Assembly: GCF_000017845.1 (NCBI RefSeq)
Contig: NC_010546.1
Location: 3,480,001-3,512,000, forward strand
DNA: 32,000 nucleotides
Direction of reading: 5' to 3'
Source of the DNA: Crocosphaera subtropica ATCC 51142
Lineage (GTDB): Bacteria; Cyanobacteriota; Cyanobacteriia; Cyanobacteriales; Microcystaceae
Shown here: positions 8,248-17,816 of the stretch, piece after piece
Position numbering within the stretch: the first letter of the stretch is position 1
How the letters are laid out: each line of letters begins with the position of its first letter
Translations under genes and position numbers: made by a program
Notes under the pieces: generated by a model
What the model was told of the DNA's origin: nothing
Databases searched by the model: none
Seen by the model: the letters and a program-made list of their open reading frames with translations, nothing else

Positions 8248-9513
8248 TCATTGGTCACTGTTTTCTAGCTGTTGTTCAACAATTTGAGCAATTTTCTGGG
8301 CAGCCCCTGGCTGGCCTCTAACTTGTAATAAGCGATGGTGAATTTGATTGAGTTTGGAAGGATTATCTAACCAATCCAACACTAAGTCTGCTACTGTCTC
8401 GGCTTGTAATTCTCCTTTCAATTCTGGCACAATTTCTTCTTTTGCCCAGATATTCGGCCAGGCAAATAAACGTCCCATTTTCACTACCCTAGCGTTAATT
8501 AATTTGGCTAACTGACTACCTAATAAGGGCAAATTGGCTAAAATTCCTGGAATACCGTCCCAGGTTCGCATGGCATCCAGTTGTTGGGTGGGTAATAAGA
8601 CGATCATGGGAATCCCTAAAGCCCCTAATTCTGCGGTATTAGCTCCTACTGTGGTTAAAGCTAAACAACATTCTTGCAGGTGTTTATGGGCGGGAAATTG
8701 GCTAATCAGTTGAATTTTTAGCCCTGTTTTCGTTTTTAAATAATAGTTTTCTTTTTTTCCTTTATTTTCGACTATTAATTGACCACTAACCCCTCCCATT
8801 TTCATCACGAAGGGATTAGAGTCAGGATCAGCAAAGCGAACTAAAGTTTCTCGATTTATGGTGGGTGCGATGGGTAGAATAAAATGAGCGTGGGGCTTGT
8901 GCTGATAAATCTTTTCAGCGATCGCTAAACATAACGGAACCCCTTGCGTTAATTTTCCTGCTTTTGACCCAGGCAAAATTCCAATCACTGGATTCGCAGA
9001 CATTTCTACAAAATTTAAGGAGGTTGGGGAAAAATCCGCCATTAAGTCCCCGACAATATTTAATTTATTCCGATAAGACCCAGGAATCCCCTCCATCACT
9101 CTTTGATTCATCACAGCAAAACAATCTAGCCAACGATACCATCTGGCTTCCCATTCAGCATAAATGATGGTACGATATCCCAACCGTTTGCCAATCATCA
9201 GAGGATAAAATTGATCTCCCCCTAAAAATAACACCACTCCTTTGTCTCGCCAATCCCAATTATCAACGGTGTTTCCCCATAACAAAAAGGAAAAAAAGTG
9301 TTCACTCGACTGAACCCGATTCACTTCAGGATAGCGGCGAGCAATGGTGGCTTCTTGTCCTGTACTATGGGGACAAGGGGATAGCATCACTGAAATTCTC
9401 GTCTGAGCAGGATCATCCCCTAATTGTTTTCTTAACGCCCTAACCACAGGGCGAACCCAGGTCGTGATTTCTCCTGGACCATTGGACAAAATGAGGATGT
9501 CAATGGGTTTCAT
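8248..9513 (-). CDS. Lipid-A-disaccharide synthase-related GT-B fold protein (LpxB-like; I recall this as the TIGR03492 type)
   Basis: The N-terminus ILILSNGPGEITTWVRPV resembles the LpxB-like G-rich loop, and the C-terminal half (TTVGANTAELGALGIPMIV) resembles the GT-B nucleotide-sugar pocket. I chose ATG 9513, which overlaps the upstream stop as ATGA. The track's start at 9525 is a TTG. Confidence 0.6.
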   Translation of the reverse strand: MKPIDILILSNGPGEITTWVRPVVRALRKQLGDDPAQTRISVMLSPCPHSTGQEATIARRYPEVNRVQSSEHFFSFLLWGNTVDNWDWRDKGVVLFLGGDQFYPLMIGKRLGYRTIIYAEWEARWYRWLDCFAVMNQRVMEGIPGSYRNKLNIVGDLMADFSPTSLNFVEMSANPVIGILPGSKAGKLTQGVPLCLAIAEKIYQHKPHAHFILPIAPTINRETLVRFADPDSNPFVMKMGGVSGQLIVENKGKKENYYLKTKTGLKIQLISQFPAHKHLQECCLALTTVGANTAELGALGIPMIVLLPTQQLDAMRTWDGIPGILANLPLLGSQLAKLINARVVKMGRLFAWPNIWAKEEIVPELKGELQAETVADLVLDWLDNPSKLNQIHHRLLQVRGQPGAAQKIAQIVEQQLENSDQ

Positions 9514-9932
9514 GGCTCTTGCCAACGGGATCTAATCGAAAGTTTGGGTTTGGTTTGATTTTGGGAGCGAGAACGACGGCGAACAAATTTGCGATTCGTC
9601 TCAGAACGTCGATAATGACCTGTTGAACCGCCTTTCTCCCCTGCTTCTTCATAGATTTCGAGGTAAAGGGTTTGACCCATTTGTTTGGCTGCGATCGCTA
9701 ATACGGTTTGTATCGCCTGGATATTGCGTCCTCCTCTTCCATAGATTCGTCCTTTATCCCCTTCATCAACGGCTAATCGAATCCAAACTCGCTTTGTGCT
9801 GTTAATCTCTTCACAGTCAACCCTTAGGGAGTCTGGAGAGTCTAATAGGGGTTCAATTAAAAAGGCAATGAGTTTTAAGTAATTAGGGGGAACAGAATAG
9901 GATAAATTAGAGGTATCAATCGATTTAACCAT
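9510..9932 (-). CDS. KH-domain RNA-binding protein (YlqC/UPF0109-like) with an Arg-rich C-terminal tail
   Basis: The KH GxxG loop is present ([15 protein letters not shown]), and the gene sits in the conserved position immediately downstream of rpsP. I chose the start at MVKSID, which overlaps the rpsP stop by 8 nt (ATGGTTAA). Confidence 0.7.
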   Translation of the reverse strand: MVKSIDTSNLSYSVPPNYLKLIAFLIEPLLDSPDSLRVDCEEINSTKRVWIRLAVDEGDKGRIYGRGGRNIQAIQTVLAIAAKQMGQTLYLEIYEEAGEKGGSTGHYRRSETNRKFVRRRSRSQNQTKPKLSIRSRWQEP

Positions 9933-10173
9933 TAACTTGTTCAAATACTTTCGCTTTTTCGAGAATACTCCGAACGGTTTCTGTGGGTTGGGCCCCTTGT
10001 TTGAGGCGAGTGACAATGGCAGGAACGTTCAATCTGGTTTCATCGGTTCTGGGATTATAAAATCCTAACTCTTCTAGGGGACGACCATCCCGACGACTGG
10101 CACTATTAATAGCAACAATTCTATAGCTAACTTCTCGCTTTTTGCCGTATTTTTTTAATCGTAATTTAATCAT
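9925..10173 (-). CDS. rpsP: 30S ribosomal protein S16
   Basis: [45 protein letters not shown] is the canonical bS16 sequence. Confidence 0.95.
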   Translation of the reverse strand: MIKLRLKKYGKKREVSYRIVAINSASRRDGRPLEELGFYNPRTDETRLNVPAIVTRLKQGAQPTETVRSILEKAKVFEQVNG

Positions 10174-10254
10174 CTTGATTGCCTTGACTGCTAGTTGAAT
10201 GTTAGTGGTCTTTTGTTTGACTCGAACTTCTTATTATATCATGGCATAATTCGG

Positions 10255-12723
10255 TTAACGGGGAATCCCCTGAATAACTGGGCGGATGCCTGTTCCATCG
10301 AATGGTCCGGGATTTCCTCCCCAATTAAAGTCGCTAATGCGTAAGGAAAGTGATCCCACTTTCAACACTGTATTATAACGCAAGAGAATGCTATAGGTTC
10401 GGCGACTATATTCAACAAATAAATCCGTATTAATCTCTTCGTCTGTATCAATGTTATAGGCACTTTGAACCCCCACTCGAACTGGCCCATAGAGTTGTTG
10501 CGTAATGCCCCAATTTAAGGTTTTGAGATCGGCAAAACGGTCAAACAGAAAAGGAGAGGGATCACCCCGTAATGCTTGACTAAAACTAATATTAAACCCC
10601 GTATAGTCTAGAAACGGTCGGGAAAAATTGCCCAGTTGTCCTGATAAACCAATGGTACCTGAAATGGAGGGCTGAGAGTCTCCATTGCCATAAAGACTGG
10701 TAACCCCAGTGACACCAGTAGATAGGACTAAGTAAGGCAACACTGGGGTAGAGGTATATTTTAATCCTTCTTCTGGGGTTGGGGGCAAGGCTTGTCCATA
10801 CCATAATAAGAAAGGTTTATTTAAAGAAGCAGCCCCTTGAACTCTGGTTAAGCTAACCCGACGATCATCTGAGTCGGTCCCTAGAAGACTTGGACGATCT
10901 GTAAAAGCGTTAACGGTTTGAAGCGACCCTTGATAACTTAATTGTAGGCCAGTATCATCGATGGGAATTTGAGGAGAAACCAGAAGCAACCCAATGCTAC
11001 TACGGACGGTTTGAAACCCTAAAGAGCCGTTAAATAGACGTTCACGATAATTATATTCCAATCGCAGATCATGATTACTCAGAGGCTCAGCTTCACCAAA
11101 ACGGTACTGTAAAAAGGTTTTTGTGCGAACCCGGTCTTCGATATCGCTAAATTCTAAGCTAGTGAGGGAGGTACGAGAAAAGAAGGTGGTTTGTGGACTT
11201 AAATTAGCGTTCAATTCGTTGATAAAGCCGAAGGTTGGGGGACTGATGGCATCAATTTCATCCTTATCTTCTTCAAATAAATCCGTATTGGGATCATCAA
11301 CCGTTAGTCCTTCGGGGTCAATCCCTTTTTGTAGATAATATTGGGGGGTGATTTGCCAACTGAAAGTATTGGTGTCAATAACATTAAATCCCCGTTCAAC
11401 AAAGAAGCCTCCACGATCGCGATCATCGTAACCAAAACCAATCACCCCTGGTTGCCGTTCCCGTCGATCAAAAATTAAACGATCTTGAGTAGGAAAAGAG
11501 GTGGTTTGATCAAGTACCACCCGTGAATTGGTTAGTTTAACTTCATCAACTAGGGGGGCAATATTACGGTAAGTTGCTGTTTCTGCCCGTACTTCGACTT
11601 CAGGGGGCGAAAAGGGATCATTGGTTAAACGGGCATCCGTAGCCCGCCAGCCCTCGGCATCAAATTCGATGCGATCGGCTTCAAAGCGGATACGGTTAAT
11701 TTGGCCGCCACTACCCTGACCCGTATTACCCCCGATGTTTTGAATATTTTCTTGTCCAAAGGACACACCAAAAGAGTAGGTAATCCCTTGGGCGCTGGTG
11801 ATCCGTTGTAGGGGTTGTTGTTGGGCGAGTCGTTCGTTTAAGGTTTGATTGGGGATTAAATTGTTATCAACGGAAGTGGGTAAGGTAGGAGAGAAATCTT
11901 GGCCAGTGGTGGGTTGATAGATTTCTCCATTGGCTTCAAAAATGACCCCACTATCTTGGACAAAATAATATTCAAATCGTTCTCCCCTTAGGGTTTGTTC
12001 CCCACGATCAAGCACAACATTACCTTCGGCGACGGCAAATTGATCAGGAAGATTAATCCAGAGACGATCAGCCAATAAGACTCCATTGGCAAAGCGCATA
12101 ATTACCTTCCCTTCGGCATAAACCACTTCTCTTTCTGCGTCGTACTCCTGGCGATCAGAAACCAATTCTACGACGCTCAAGGTTTCTTGGGGGACTGAAT
12201 TAGGACTGTCTACCGCTCCCTGAGCGAAAGAAGGAGATGGACTGATCAATAATTCTGAGGGTTGGGCTTGAGTGTCTCTGGGTTTGAGTAGTAAACGACT
12301 GGCTTGAGGGGCTTGACCATTTAATGCTCTAATCTCAGAAATCACGGGTTCGTCCTGGGAAATCCTAGGAGAAAACTGTTTATTTCGAGACGTTCCTGTG
12401 GTAATAGGCGCACCTAAGAGATCGGCACTTTGCCCTGTGGATGGTAAAGAGGGGGTAAGGTCTTGGTTAGAAAGTTCTTCAGGGGATGATAAATAGAACT
12501 CAACAACCTCTGGTGGCGTTGTCTTAACGTCTTGGGAGGTGGGGGCTACTAACGGGATGTTTTGTGTCTCAGAGGGAAATTGAGTTAATAAAGTGCGTTG
12601 TTGAGTGATCTCCATCGGTTGTCCTTGGGAGTTCACTAAATTATTTAGCTGCTTTCTCTGGGTTGGAGAAACAACTGTTTGAATTTCGGCTGGGGGATTA
12701 GGTGGTGGAACGAATGGGGGCAT
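10255..12723 (-). CDS. LptD/OstA-like outer-membrane LPS-assembly protein homologue
   Basis: An OstA_N-like beta-jellyroll segment is present (AEGKVIMRFANGVLLADRLWINLPDQFAVAEGNVVLDRGEQTLRGERFEYYF). It is followed by a long region of alternating hydrophobic pattern rich in aromatics and Gly, typical of a large beta-barrel. The protein is 822 aa. Confidence 0.65.
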   Translation of the reverse strand: MPPFVPPPNPPAEIQTVVSPTQRKQLNNLVNSQGQPMEITQQRTLLTQFPSETQNIPLVAPTSQDVKTTPPEVVEFYLSSPEELSNQDLTPSLPSTGQSADLLGAPITTGTSRNKQFSPRISQDEPVISEIRALNGQAPQASRLLLKPRDTQAQPSELLISPSPSFAQGAVDSPNSVPQETLSVVELVSDRQEYDAEREVVYAEGKVIMRFANGVLLADRLWINLPDQFAVAEGNVVLDRGEQTLRGERFEYYFVQDSGVIFEANGEIYQPTTGQDFSPTLPTSVDNNLIPNQTLNERLAQQQPLQRITSAQGITYSFGVSFGQENIQNIGGNTGQGSGGQINRIRFEADRIEFDAEGWRATDARLTNDPFSPPEVEVRAETATYRNIAPLVDEVKLTNSRVVLDQTTSFPTQDRLIFDRRERQPGVIGFGYDDRDRGGFFVERGFNVIDTNTFSWQITPQYYLQKGIDPEGLTVDDPNTDLFEEDKDEIDAISPPTFGFINELNANLSPQTTFFSRTSLTSLEFSDIEDRVRTKTFLQYRFGEAEPLSNHDLRLEYNYRERLFNGSLGFQTVRSSIGLLLVSPQIPIDDTGLQLSYQGSLQTVNAFTDRPSLLGTDSDDRRVSLTRVQGAASLNKPFLLWYGQALPPTPEEGLKYTSTPVLPYLVLSTGVTGVTSLYGNGDSQPSISGTIGLSGQLGNFSRPFLDYTGFNISFSQALRGDPSPFLFDRFADLKTLNWGITQQLYGPVRVGVQSAYNIDTDEEINTDLFVEYSRRTYSILLRYNTVLKVGSLSLRISDFNWGGNPGPFDGTGIRPVIQGIPR

Positions 12724-12855
12724 CTTAAATTGACAGTATCAAGCTCAAAGGTTTATTGGCTACCTGCAGCGTGATCAAATGAGACTGAGATGGGGACGAG
12801 CCATATCTCGCCCCTATCGTTTTACTCACCTAAGTTAACATAACTGAATTGAGTC

Positions 12856-12972
12856 TTATTCAAAGTCCTTCCGTCCGGGGTTACGAGTAGGATCACTCGA
12901 AAGAAAGCCAAAAACGAACAAGGAAATAAAGAAAGCGACAACGATGTAAACAGCAATTTTTAAGGTTAGCAT
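12856..12972 (-). CDS. psbI: Photosystem II reaction-centre protein I (PsbI), 38 aa
   Basis: I hand-translated the minus strand from ATG (12970-12972) to TAA (12856-12858). The product is [38 protein letters not shown], the canonical PsbI sequence. It falls below the ORF-track size cutoff. Confidence 0.93.
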   Translation of the reverse strand: MLTLKIAVYIVVAFFISLFVFGFLSSDPTRNPGRKDFE

Positions 12973-13185
12973 AGTATCTAGTTCTCCTTCTTGGGGTTTG
13001 ATCCCTAGCAAATGTTAATTGTTCCTATCTGACTTTAACCTATCAATGGACGTTTTGTCTTGCTGGCTTAAGCATTAACCTAATGAATTTGATTATTAAT
13101 TTAACACGGGGGATTCTCTTTAGTTGTAGTCTTTCTCCTATAATTCAAGAAAAGCATTTGTAGACATATTTATTGTATTAATCAC

Positions 13186-13662
13186 ATGGCACTGCTGACT
13201 ACTGGTAAAGGATTTGTTCGCGCACTAGAAAAGTCGGGCGCATTGGGAGTTTATGCTCCCTTAGAAGGCGGATTTGAAGGACGTTATCAACGGCGTTTAC
13301 GCACAAATGGTTATGATAGCCTTTCTCTGACAGCCAGAGGACTTGGAGATGTGTCGGCCTATTTGATGGGGGTTCATGGGGTTCGGCCTCCCCATCTAGG
13401 AAAAAAGAATATCGGTCAAGGTGCTGCGGTTGGCCCTATTTATTTTGTGCCTCCCATTGCTGCTTATCAACTCGAAAGTTTATCTCCCCAATCAAAAGGG
13501 TTGGTGTTATGGATTTTAGAGGGTTATATCCTTTCTAAAGCCGAATTAGAGTATTTAGTAAGTTTGCCTCAGCAAGAACCTCGCATTAAAGTGGTGGTTG
13601 AACTGGGAGGAGAACGTTATTTTCGCTGGGAACCCTTAGAAAACCTCATTGCAGTTGCTTAA
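13186..13662 (+). CDS. ndhN: NAD(P)H-quinone oxidoreductase (NDH-1) subunit N
   Basis: MALLTTGKGFVRALEKSGALGVYAPLEGGFEGRYQRRLR..GY matches NdhN. The 158-aa length is typical. Confidence 0.88.
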   Translation: MALLTTGKGFVRALEKSGALGVYAPLEGGFEGRYQRRLRTNGYDSLSLTARGLGDVSAYLMGVHGVRPPHLGKKNIGQGAAVGPIYFVPPIAAYQLESLSPQSKGLVLWILEGYILSKAELEYLVSLPQQEPRIKVVVELGGERYFRWEPLENLIAVA

Positions 13663-13952
13663 GTTAGTGGCGTATTCAGAGGCAAGGGAGTAAGTGTAGG
13701 AGGAGGGGGAGTCATTTTTTATTGTCGCAAGAGCGTCAATATGAACAATTACCTAGCCCCTCCTCTAAAAATTGACTCATTTCTGATAACAAACTCAGGT
13801 ATGATTAGGACTATAATTTCTTAATGACGCTGGTAGTATTTTTATTATTACCTGTTGCTTCTACTCAAAGGAGTTGACACATTGCTTGTAGCATATTAAG
13901 AATTGATACAATAGCCGATATAACTTGAGAGGGATCAAAGTAAGAAGCCACT

Positions 13953-15425
13953 ATGTATATTGTCCAAGTAGCCTCAGAATGCGCCCCCGTCGTTAAGGCA
14001 GGGGGTTTAGGTGATGTTGTTTTCGGGCTAAGTCGCGAACTCGAAAACCAAGGTCATATTGTAGATATTATTCTTCCCAAATATGATTGTATGCGTTACG
14101 ACCATATCTGGGGATTGCATGAAGATTATAATGATTTATGGGTACCTTGGGGAAACAGTTCGATCCACTGTACGGTATTTGGTGGTAAAGTTCATGGACA
14201 CAACTGCTTCTTTATTGAACCTCATTCTAATGATAATTTCTTTAATCGAGGCAAATATTACGGGGACAATGATGATAATTTGCGCTTTGCTTTTTTTAGT
14301 AGAGCGGCTTTAGAGTATATGTGTGTGAGTAACAAGCGTCCTGAGATTATCCACTGTCATGATTGGCAAACCGGACTGCTTCCTGTGATGTTATTTGAAC
14401 AGTATAAATATCGTGGAATGGATAGTCAACGGGTTTGTTATACTATCCATAATTTTAAACACCAAGGAGGGGGTAGTGTTGATATTTTACGGGCAATTCA
14501 GTTGAATAATGATGGTTATTATCTGAGTCCCGATCGCCTAAAAGATAACAGTATTCCCAATCATATTAACTTTATGAAAGGAGGCATCGTTTATTCTAAT
14601 GCAGTGAATACTGTATCCCCTCACCATGCTTGGGAAGCCCGTTTTGGTACAGAAGGGTATGGGTTAGGTCATAGCCTTTATGTTCATCAGGATAAGTTTG
14701 GTGGTATTCTCAATGGGTTAGATTACAGAATCTGGAATCCAGAGGTTGATGATTATATTTCTATGCCTTACGGTCCAGATGATTTTGAATTAAAGGCTTA
14801 TAACAAAAAAGGGTTACGAGAACGGTTATGGTTAGAGGAAAAGGACAGACCGATCATTGCATATGTGGGTCGCCTTGATGACCAAAAAGGGGTAGGTTTG
14901 GTTCATCATGCTTTAGAATACGCTCTGAGACGGAGCGCCCAGTTTGTTTTATTGGGATCAGCAACTTCCGGTCAAATCAATGCTCAATTTTGGCAGATCA
15001 AACATCGTTTGAATGATCATCCTGACGTTCATCTGGAACTGGGCTTTGATGAAGAATTATCTCACCTCATTTATGCTGGTGCAGATATGATGGTGGTTCC
15101 GAGTAACTACGAACCCTGTGGTTTAACCCAGATGATTGCCTTAAAATACGGAACAGTTCCCATTGTTCGTGGCGTAGGAGGTTTAGTGAATACGGTGTTC
15201 GACTACGATTACGACGAACTCCATCCCCCTGAAGAACGGAATGGGTTTGTCTTCCATCAAACCGATGCCCCTGCTTTGGAGTCAGCGATGCACCGAGCCT
15301 TAGAGCTATGGTACACTGATCGTAAGGCATTTAATAAGTTAGCGATTCAAGGGATGCGTTACGATTATTCTTGGAAACATCCTGTAGAAAAGTATGTGGA
15401 AGTTTATGAAAGAATCAAAGCTTAA
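13953..15425 (+). CDS. glgA: Glycogen (starch) synthase, GlgA2 type
   Basis: The N-terminal KxGGL motif is present (MYIVQVASECAPVVKAGGLGDVV). The overall 490-aa sequence closely resembles Synechocystis GlgA2 as I recall it (..ILPKYDCMRYDHIWGLH..). Confidence 0.9.
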   Translation: MYIVQVASECAPVVKAGGLGDVVFGLSRELENQGHIVDIILPKYDCMRYDHIWGLHEDYNDLWVPWGNSSIHCTVFGGKVHGHNCFFIEPHSNDNFFNRGKYYGDNDDNLRFAFFSRAALEYMCVSNKRPEIIHCHDWQTGLLPVMLFEQYKYRGMDSQRVCYTIHNFKHQGGGSVDILRAIQLNNDGYYLSPDRLKDNSIPNHINFMKGGIVYSNAVNTVSPHHAWEARFGTEGYGLGHSLYVHQDKFGGILNGLDYRIWNPEVDDYISMPYGPDDFELKAYNKKGLRERLWLEEKDRPIIAYVGRLDDQKGVGLVHHALEYALRRSAQFVLLGSATSGQINAQFWQIKHRLNDHPDVHLELGFDEELSHLIYAGADMMVVPSNYEPCGLTQMIALKYGTVPIVRGVGGLVNTVFDYDYDELHPPEERNGFVFHQTDAPALESAMHRALELWYTDRKAFNKLAIQGMRYDYSWKHPVEKYVEVYERIKA

Positions 15426-15441
15426 TGACTCTTGATTAGCC

Positions 15442-15484
15442 CTCCCATCCTAACTTATTTTAGGTTATGATGGGAGATTTTTTT
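15442..15484 (+). terminator. Rho-independent terminator after glgA2
   Basis: Stem ctcccatcctaac (15442-15454) pairs with gttatgatgggag (15464-15476): 13 bp with one mismatch. It is followed by attttttt (15477-15484). Confidence 0.75.
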
Positions 15485-15512
15485 AGGACATATAGATGTT
15501 GACTCAAATCTT

Positions 15513-15926
15513 TTAACTTTCTACCAATTTAACAATACGGGGAAAGTGATGAGGGGAATTATCAGAAGATTCTTGCAAAGTTTGAGCAACTTCAGCCACC
15601 CGATGGGGATCACTTTGTTGAAGATATTTCAATAACGCCTGACTTTCTTCTAACAATTGAGTGACATTAATGGTTTCATGGTCAGGTTGATAATCACGGA
15701 GTCGTCTCACCCCTTCTCCTAACAAGATAACGGCACCTCGCCAGTTATGATTAGTGAGATGATAGCAAGCTACTGCTACTTGTAAAATGCCTTGATAAAA
15801 GCGTTTATCCGACTCTGCTGCCTCTATCCAAATCGCTTCTAAGGTATCATGACAAGCATAAAATTCCCGTTGATTAAATTGCTCAATCCCTTGCAAAAAT
15901 GCCTCTGATGTCATGATTTTCCTCAA
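15513..15926 (-). CDS. DUF309-domain protein
   Basis: The pattern FN.REFYACHDTLEAIW......D..FYQGILQVAVACYHL is the DUF309 signature as I recall it. Confidence 0.7.
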   Translation of the reverse strand: MRKIMTSEAFLQGIEQFNQREFYACHDTLEAIWIEAAESDKRFYQGILQVAVACYHLTNHNWRGAVILLGEGVRRLRDYQPDHETINVTQLLEESQALLKYLQQSDPHRVAEVAQTLQESSDNSPHHFPRIVKLVES

Positions 15927-16291
15927 GCTGACATACCTTCTCGAACTTCCTTAATAAACTCTAAGTCAATTTCTTGTTCTTGGCCAGCAAACTCGTTGTC
16001 CGGGGTGATAAACAGCATACAATGACATTCTTTGCGTTCTCGCATGGGAACACAAGGACAGTTCCAATAAGTATTTTTCACCTCTGCTTCTTTATCTTCG
16101 TAATGGCGACAAGGACACAACGGGGCCCCTAATTCTTCTTTATGTCTAGCGAGTCCTTCAATGACCACTGCTGTTACAGAGGGTTCGCTACAAAAATAGG
16201 TTTCTGTTCGTTTTGCGTACTGTTCAGCAAAATTCTTCATTGCTTCTAACAGTTTATCACTTTGATTACTATTGGTGTTGGTTGTAGTCAT
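15923..16291 (-). CDS. ftrC: Ferredoxin-thioredoxin reductase, catalytic (beta) subunit
   Basis: The FTR catalytic Cys pattern is present: CPCRHYEDKEAE....WNCPCVPMRERKECHCMLF. I chose the start at MTTTNTN (ATG 16289-16291), giving 122 aa. The stop overlaps the DUF309 start as ATGA. Confidence 0.88.
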   Translation of the reverse strand: MTTTNTNSNQSDKLLEAMKNFAEQYAKRTETYFCSEPSVTAVVIEGLARHKEELGAPLCPCRHYEDKEAEVKNTYWNCPCVPMRERKECHCMLFITPDNEFAGQEQEIDLEFIKEVREGMSA

Positions 16292-16646
16292 AGATATTTT
16301 AAGATGAATTGTTACATTCCATGATGAGGGTTGAATTAACATTGTGACATATTCTTTGTCATTTGCGAGGGTTGGGGACAAGGAAACTTACGCTTGACTG
16401 ATAATTGAAAATTGTTCAATTCATATCCTTAATATTCCAACAATCATTAAAAGTCACCTTTCAACAACGACAAACCCCTTGCCAATCTCTTTGTGAAAGA
16501 TGTCCAATAACGACTATTGTGGTAGAAGTAGGTAGAGTAACGAGAAAACTACGAAACATTAATTCTGTTCTTAAACCTGCTAATTGCTAATCTTGCAGAA
16601 GATGGTTTGATCTTCATATTATTGATCTCCTACAAATATTTACATT

Positions 16647-17642
16647 TTATTCTTCGTCAGATGAATCAATAACGCTAGTCGGAGTCACTTCAAAAATGAC
16701 TTTATAAGGATTTTCTAATTCCCGTTTTAAGCGATTTTCTACAATTTGCACTTCTTCAGGTTTAATCGGATTAGATGCTCTCGCTTTAACCACAACAACA
16801 GGGGGGTTTTTATTCCAGTTTACTCGAACTTGAAAGACACTAATATCAGGTCGATTGACTAAAGAACGAGTGACTAAAATCTTTTGAATAGAATCATGAA
16901 TTTTTGCTTTGCTAATTAATTGCCAAAAACTAATCCCCAATGGCACAGCTAAGAAAATAATTAAAATCACTGAAACTCCCCAGGATAAAGTTCTAGCAAA
17001 CTCATTACTTCGGGCATATCCTCCCAGAAAATAGATGATAATACAAGCTAAATTAATGCCAATTAAATTAGTACAATAAAGTAAACCGGCACCAGAGGCA
17101 ATTTGCCATTCTCCTTGGGATAAAGCTAAGCCAAAAACACAAATAGGAGGCATTAAAGCAACGGCGATCGCTGTTCCTGGAATGGCATCCCCAACGGAAG
17201 GACGAATCTTGGCATAACCACTAATTCCCCCTGCGACAATGGCGATTAATAAATCAATTAATGTCGGTTGAGTTCTCGATAAAATTTCTCCTCCAAATTC
17301 GGGTAAGGAGATAATAACTCCCACCATTGCTGAACAAAAAATAGATAAAAAAGTGGCAAAAATAACCGATATAAAACTACGGCGTAATAACTCAATATCT
17401 CCTTCTAAAGTAGCAAAAGCAAATCCTCTTAACGGTAACATTAAAGGGGCAATAATCATCGCCCCAATAATCACAGCAGCACTATTAATAATCAATCCAA
17501 AGGTTGCTAGTAAACAAGAACCCAGACTAAGAACTAAATAATTTTGTGTTAATTGAGATTCTTCTAATAATGACTCTCTTAGCTTGAGTATTGGGATAGC
17601 CCCTAAACCCAATTTTTTAACCATTTGCCAGCTTCTTTGCAT
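16647..17642 (-). CDS. DUF389 (I recall this as TIGR00341) family integral membrane protein
   Basis: It is a polytopic membrane protein with the motif AAVIIGAMIIAPLMLPL and a soluble C-terminal domain, an architecture typical of DUF389. Confidence 0.6.
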   Translation of the reverse strand: MQRSWQMVKKLGLGAIPILKLRESLLEESQLTQNYLVLSLGSCLLATFGLIINSAAVIIGAMIIAPLMLPLRGFAFATLEGDIELLRRSFISVIFATFLSIFCSAMVGVIISLPEFGGEILSRTQPTLIDLLIAIVAGGISGYAKIRPSVGDAIPGTAIAVALMPPICVFGLALSQGEWQIASGAGLLYCTNLIGINLACIIIYFLGGYARSNEFARTLSWGVSVILIIFLAVPLGISFWQLISKAKIHDSIQKILVTRSLVNRPDISVFQVRVNWNKNPPVVVVKARASNPIKPEEVQIVENRLKRELENPYKVIFEVTPTSVIDSSDEE

Positions 17643-17816
17643 AAATAAATTGACCGCCAGGGAAAGAGATGAATTTATTGTAACAACTTATCTAATTTTG
17701 TGGGTTTAAATGCTGATTATTTTTTCTTATATTCATCCCCATAAGTTAGGTTGCAAAAAAGCCTAGATTGATAATGAAAATTTTGAGTTTATAATAATTA
17801 TTCATGAAATTGCTCG

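Noticed and set aside
13700-13765. A GC-rich 9-bp pairing (gaggagggg 13700-13708 / cccctcctc 13757-13765) after ndhN might be a terminator.
   Set aside because: The 48-nt loop and the lack of a proper U-tract after the 3' arm make an intrinsic terminator unlikely. I note it only as a purine-tract motif similar to the one at 28011-28031.
16405-16590. A 61-aa plus-strand ORF lies in the gap upstream of ftrC. A 32-codon minus-strand ORF (about 16461-16559, MFRSFLVTLPTSTTIVVIGHLSQRDWQGVCRC) lies in the same gap.
   Set aside because: Neither has a convincing SD or any family resemblance. The region is more likely the ftrC promoter and 5'UTR. I keep them only as unverified small ORFs.
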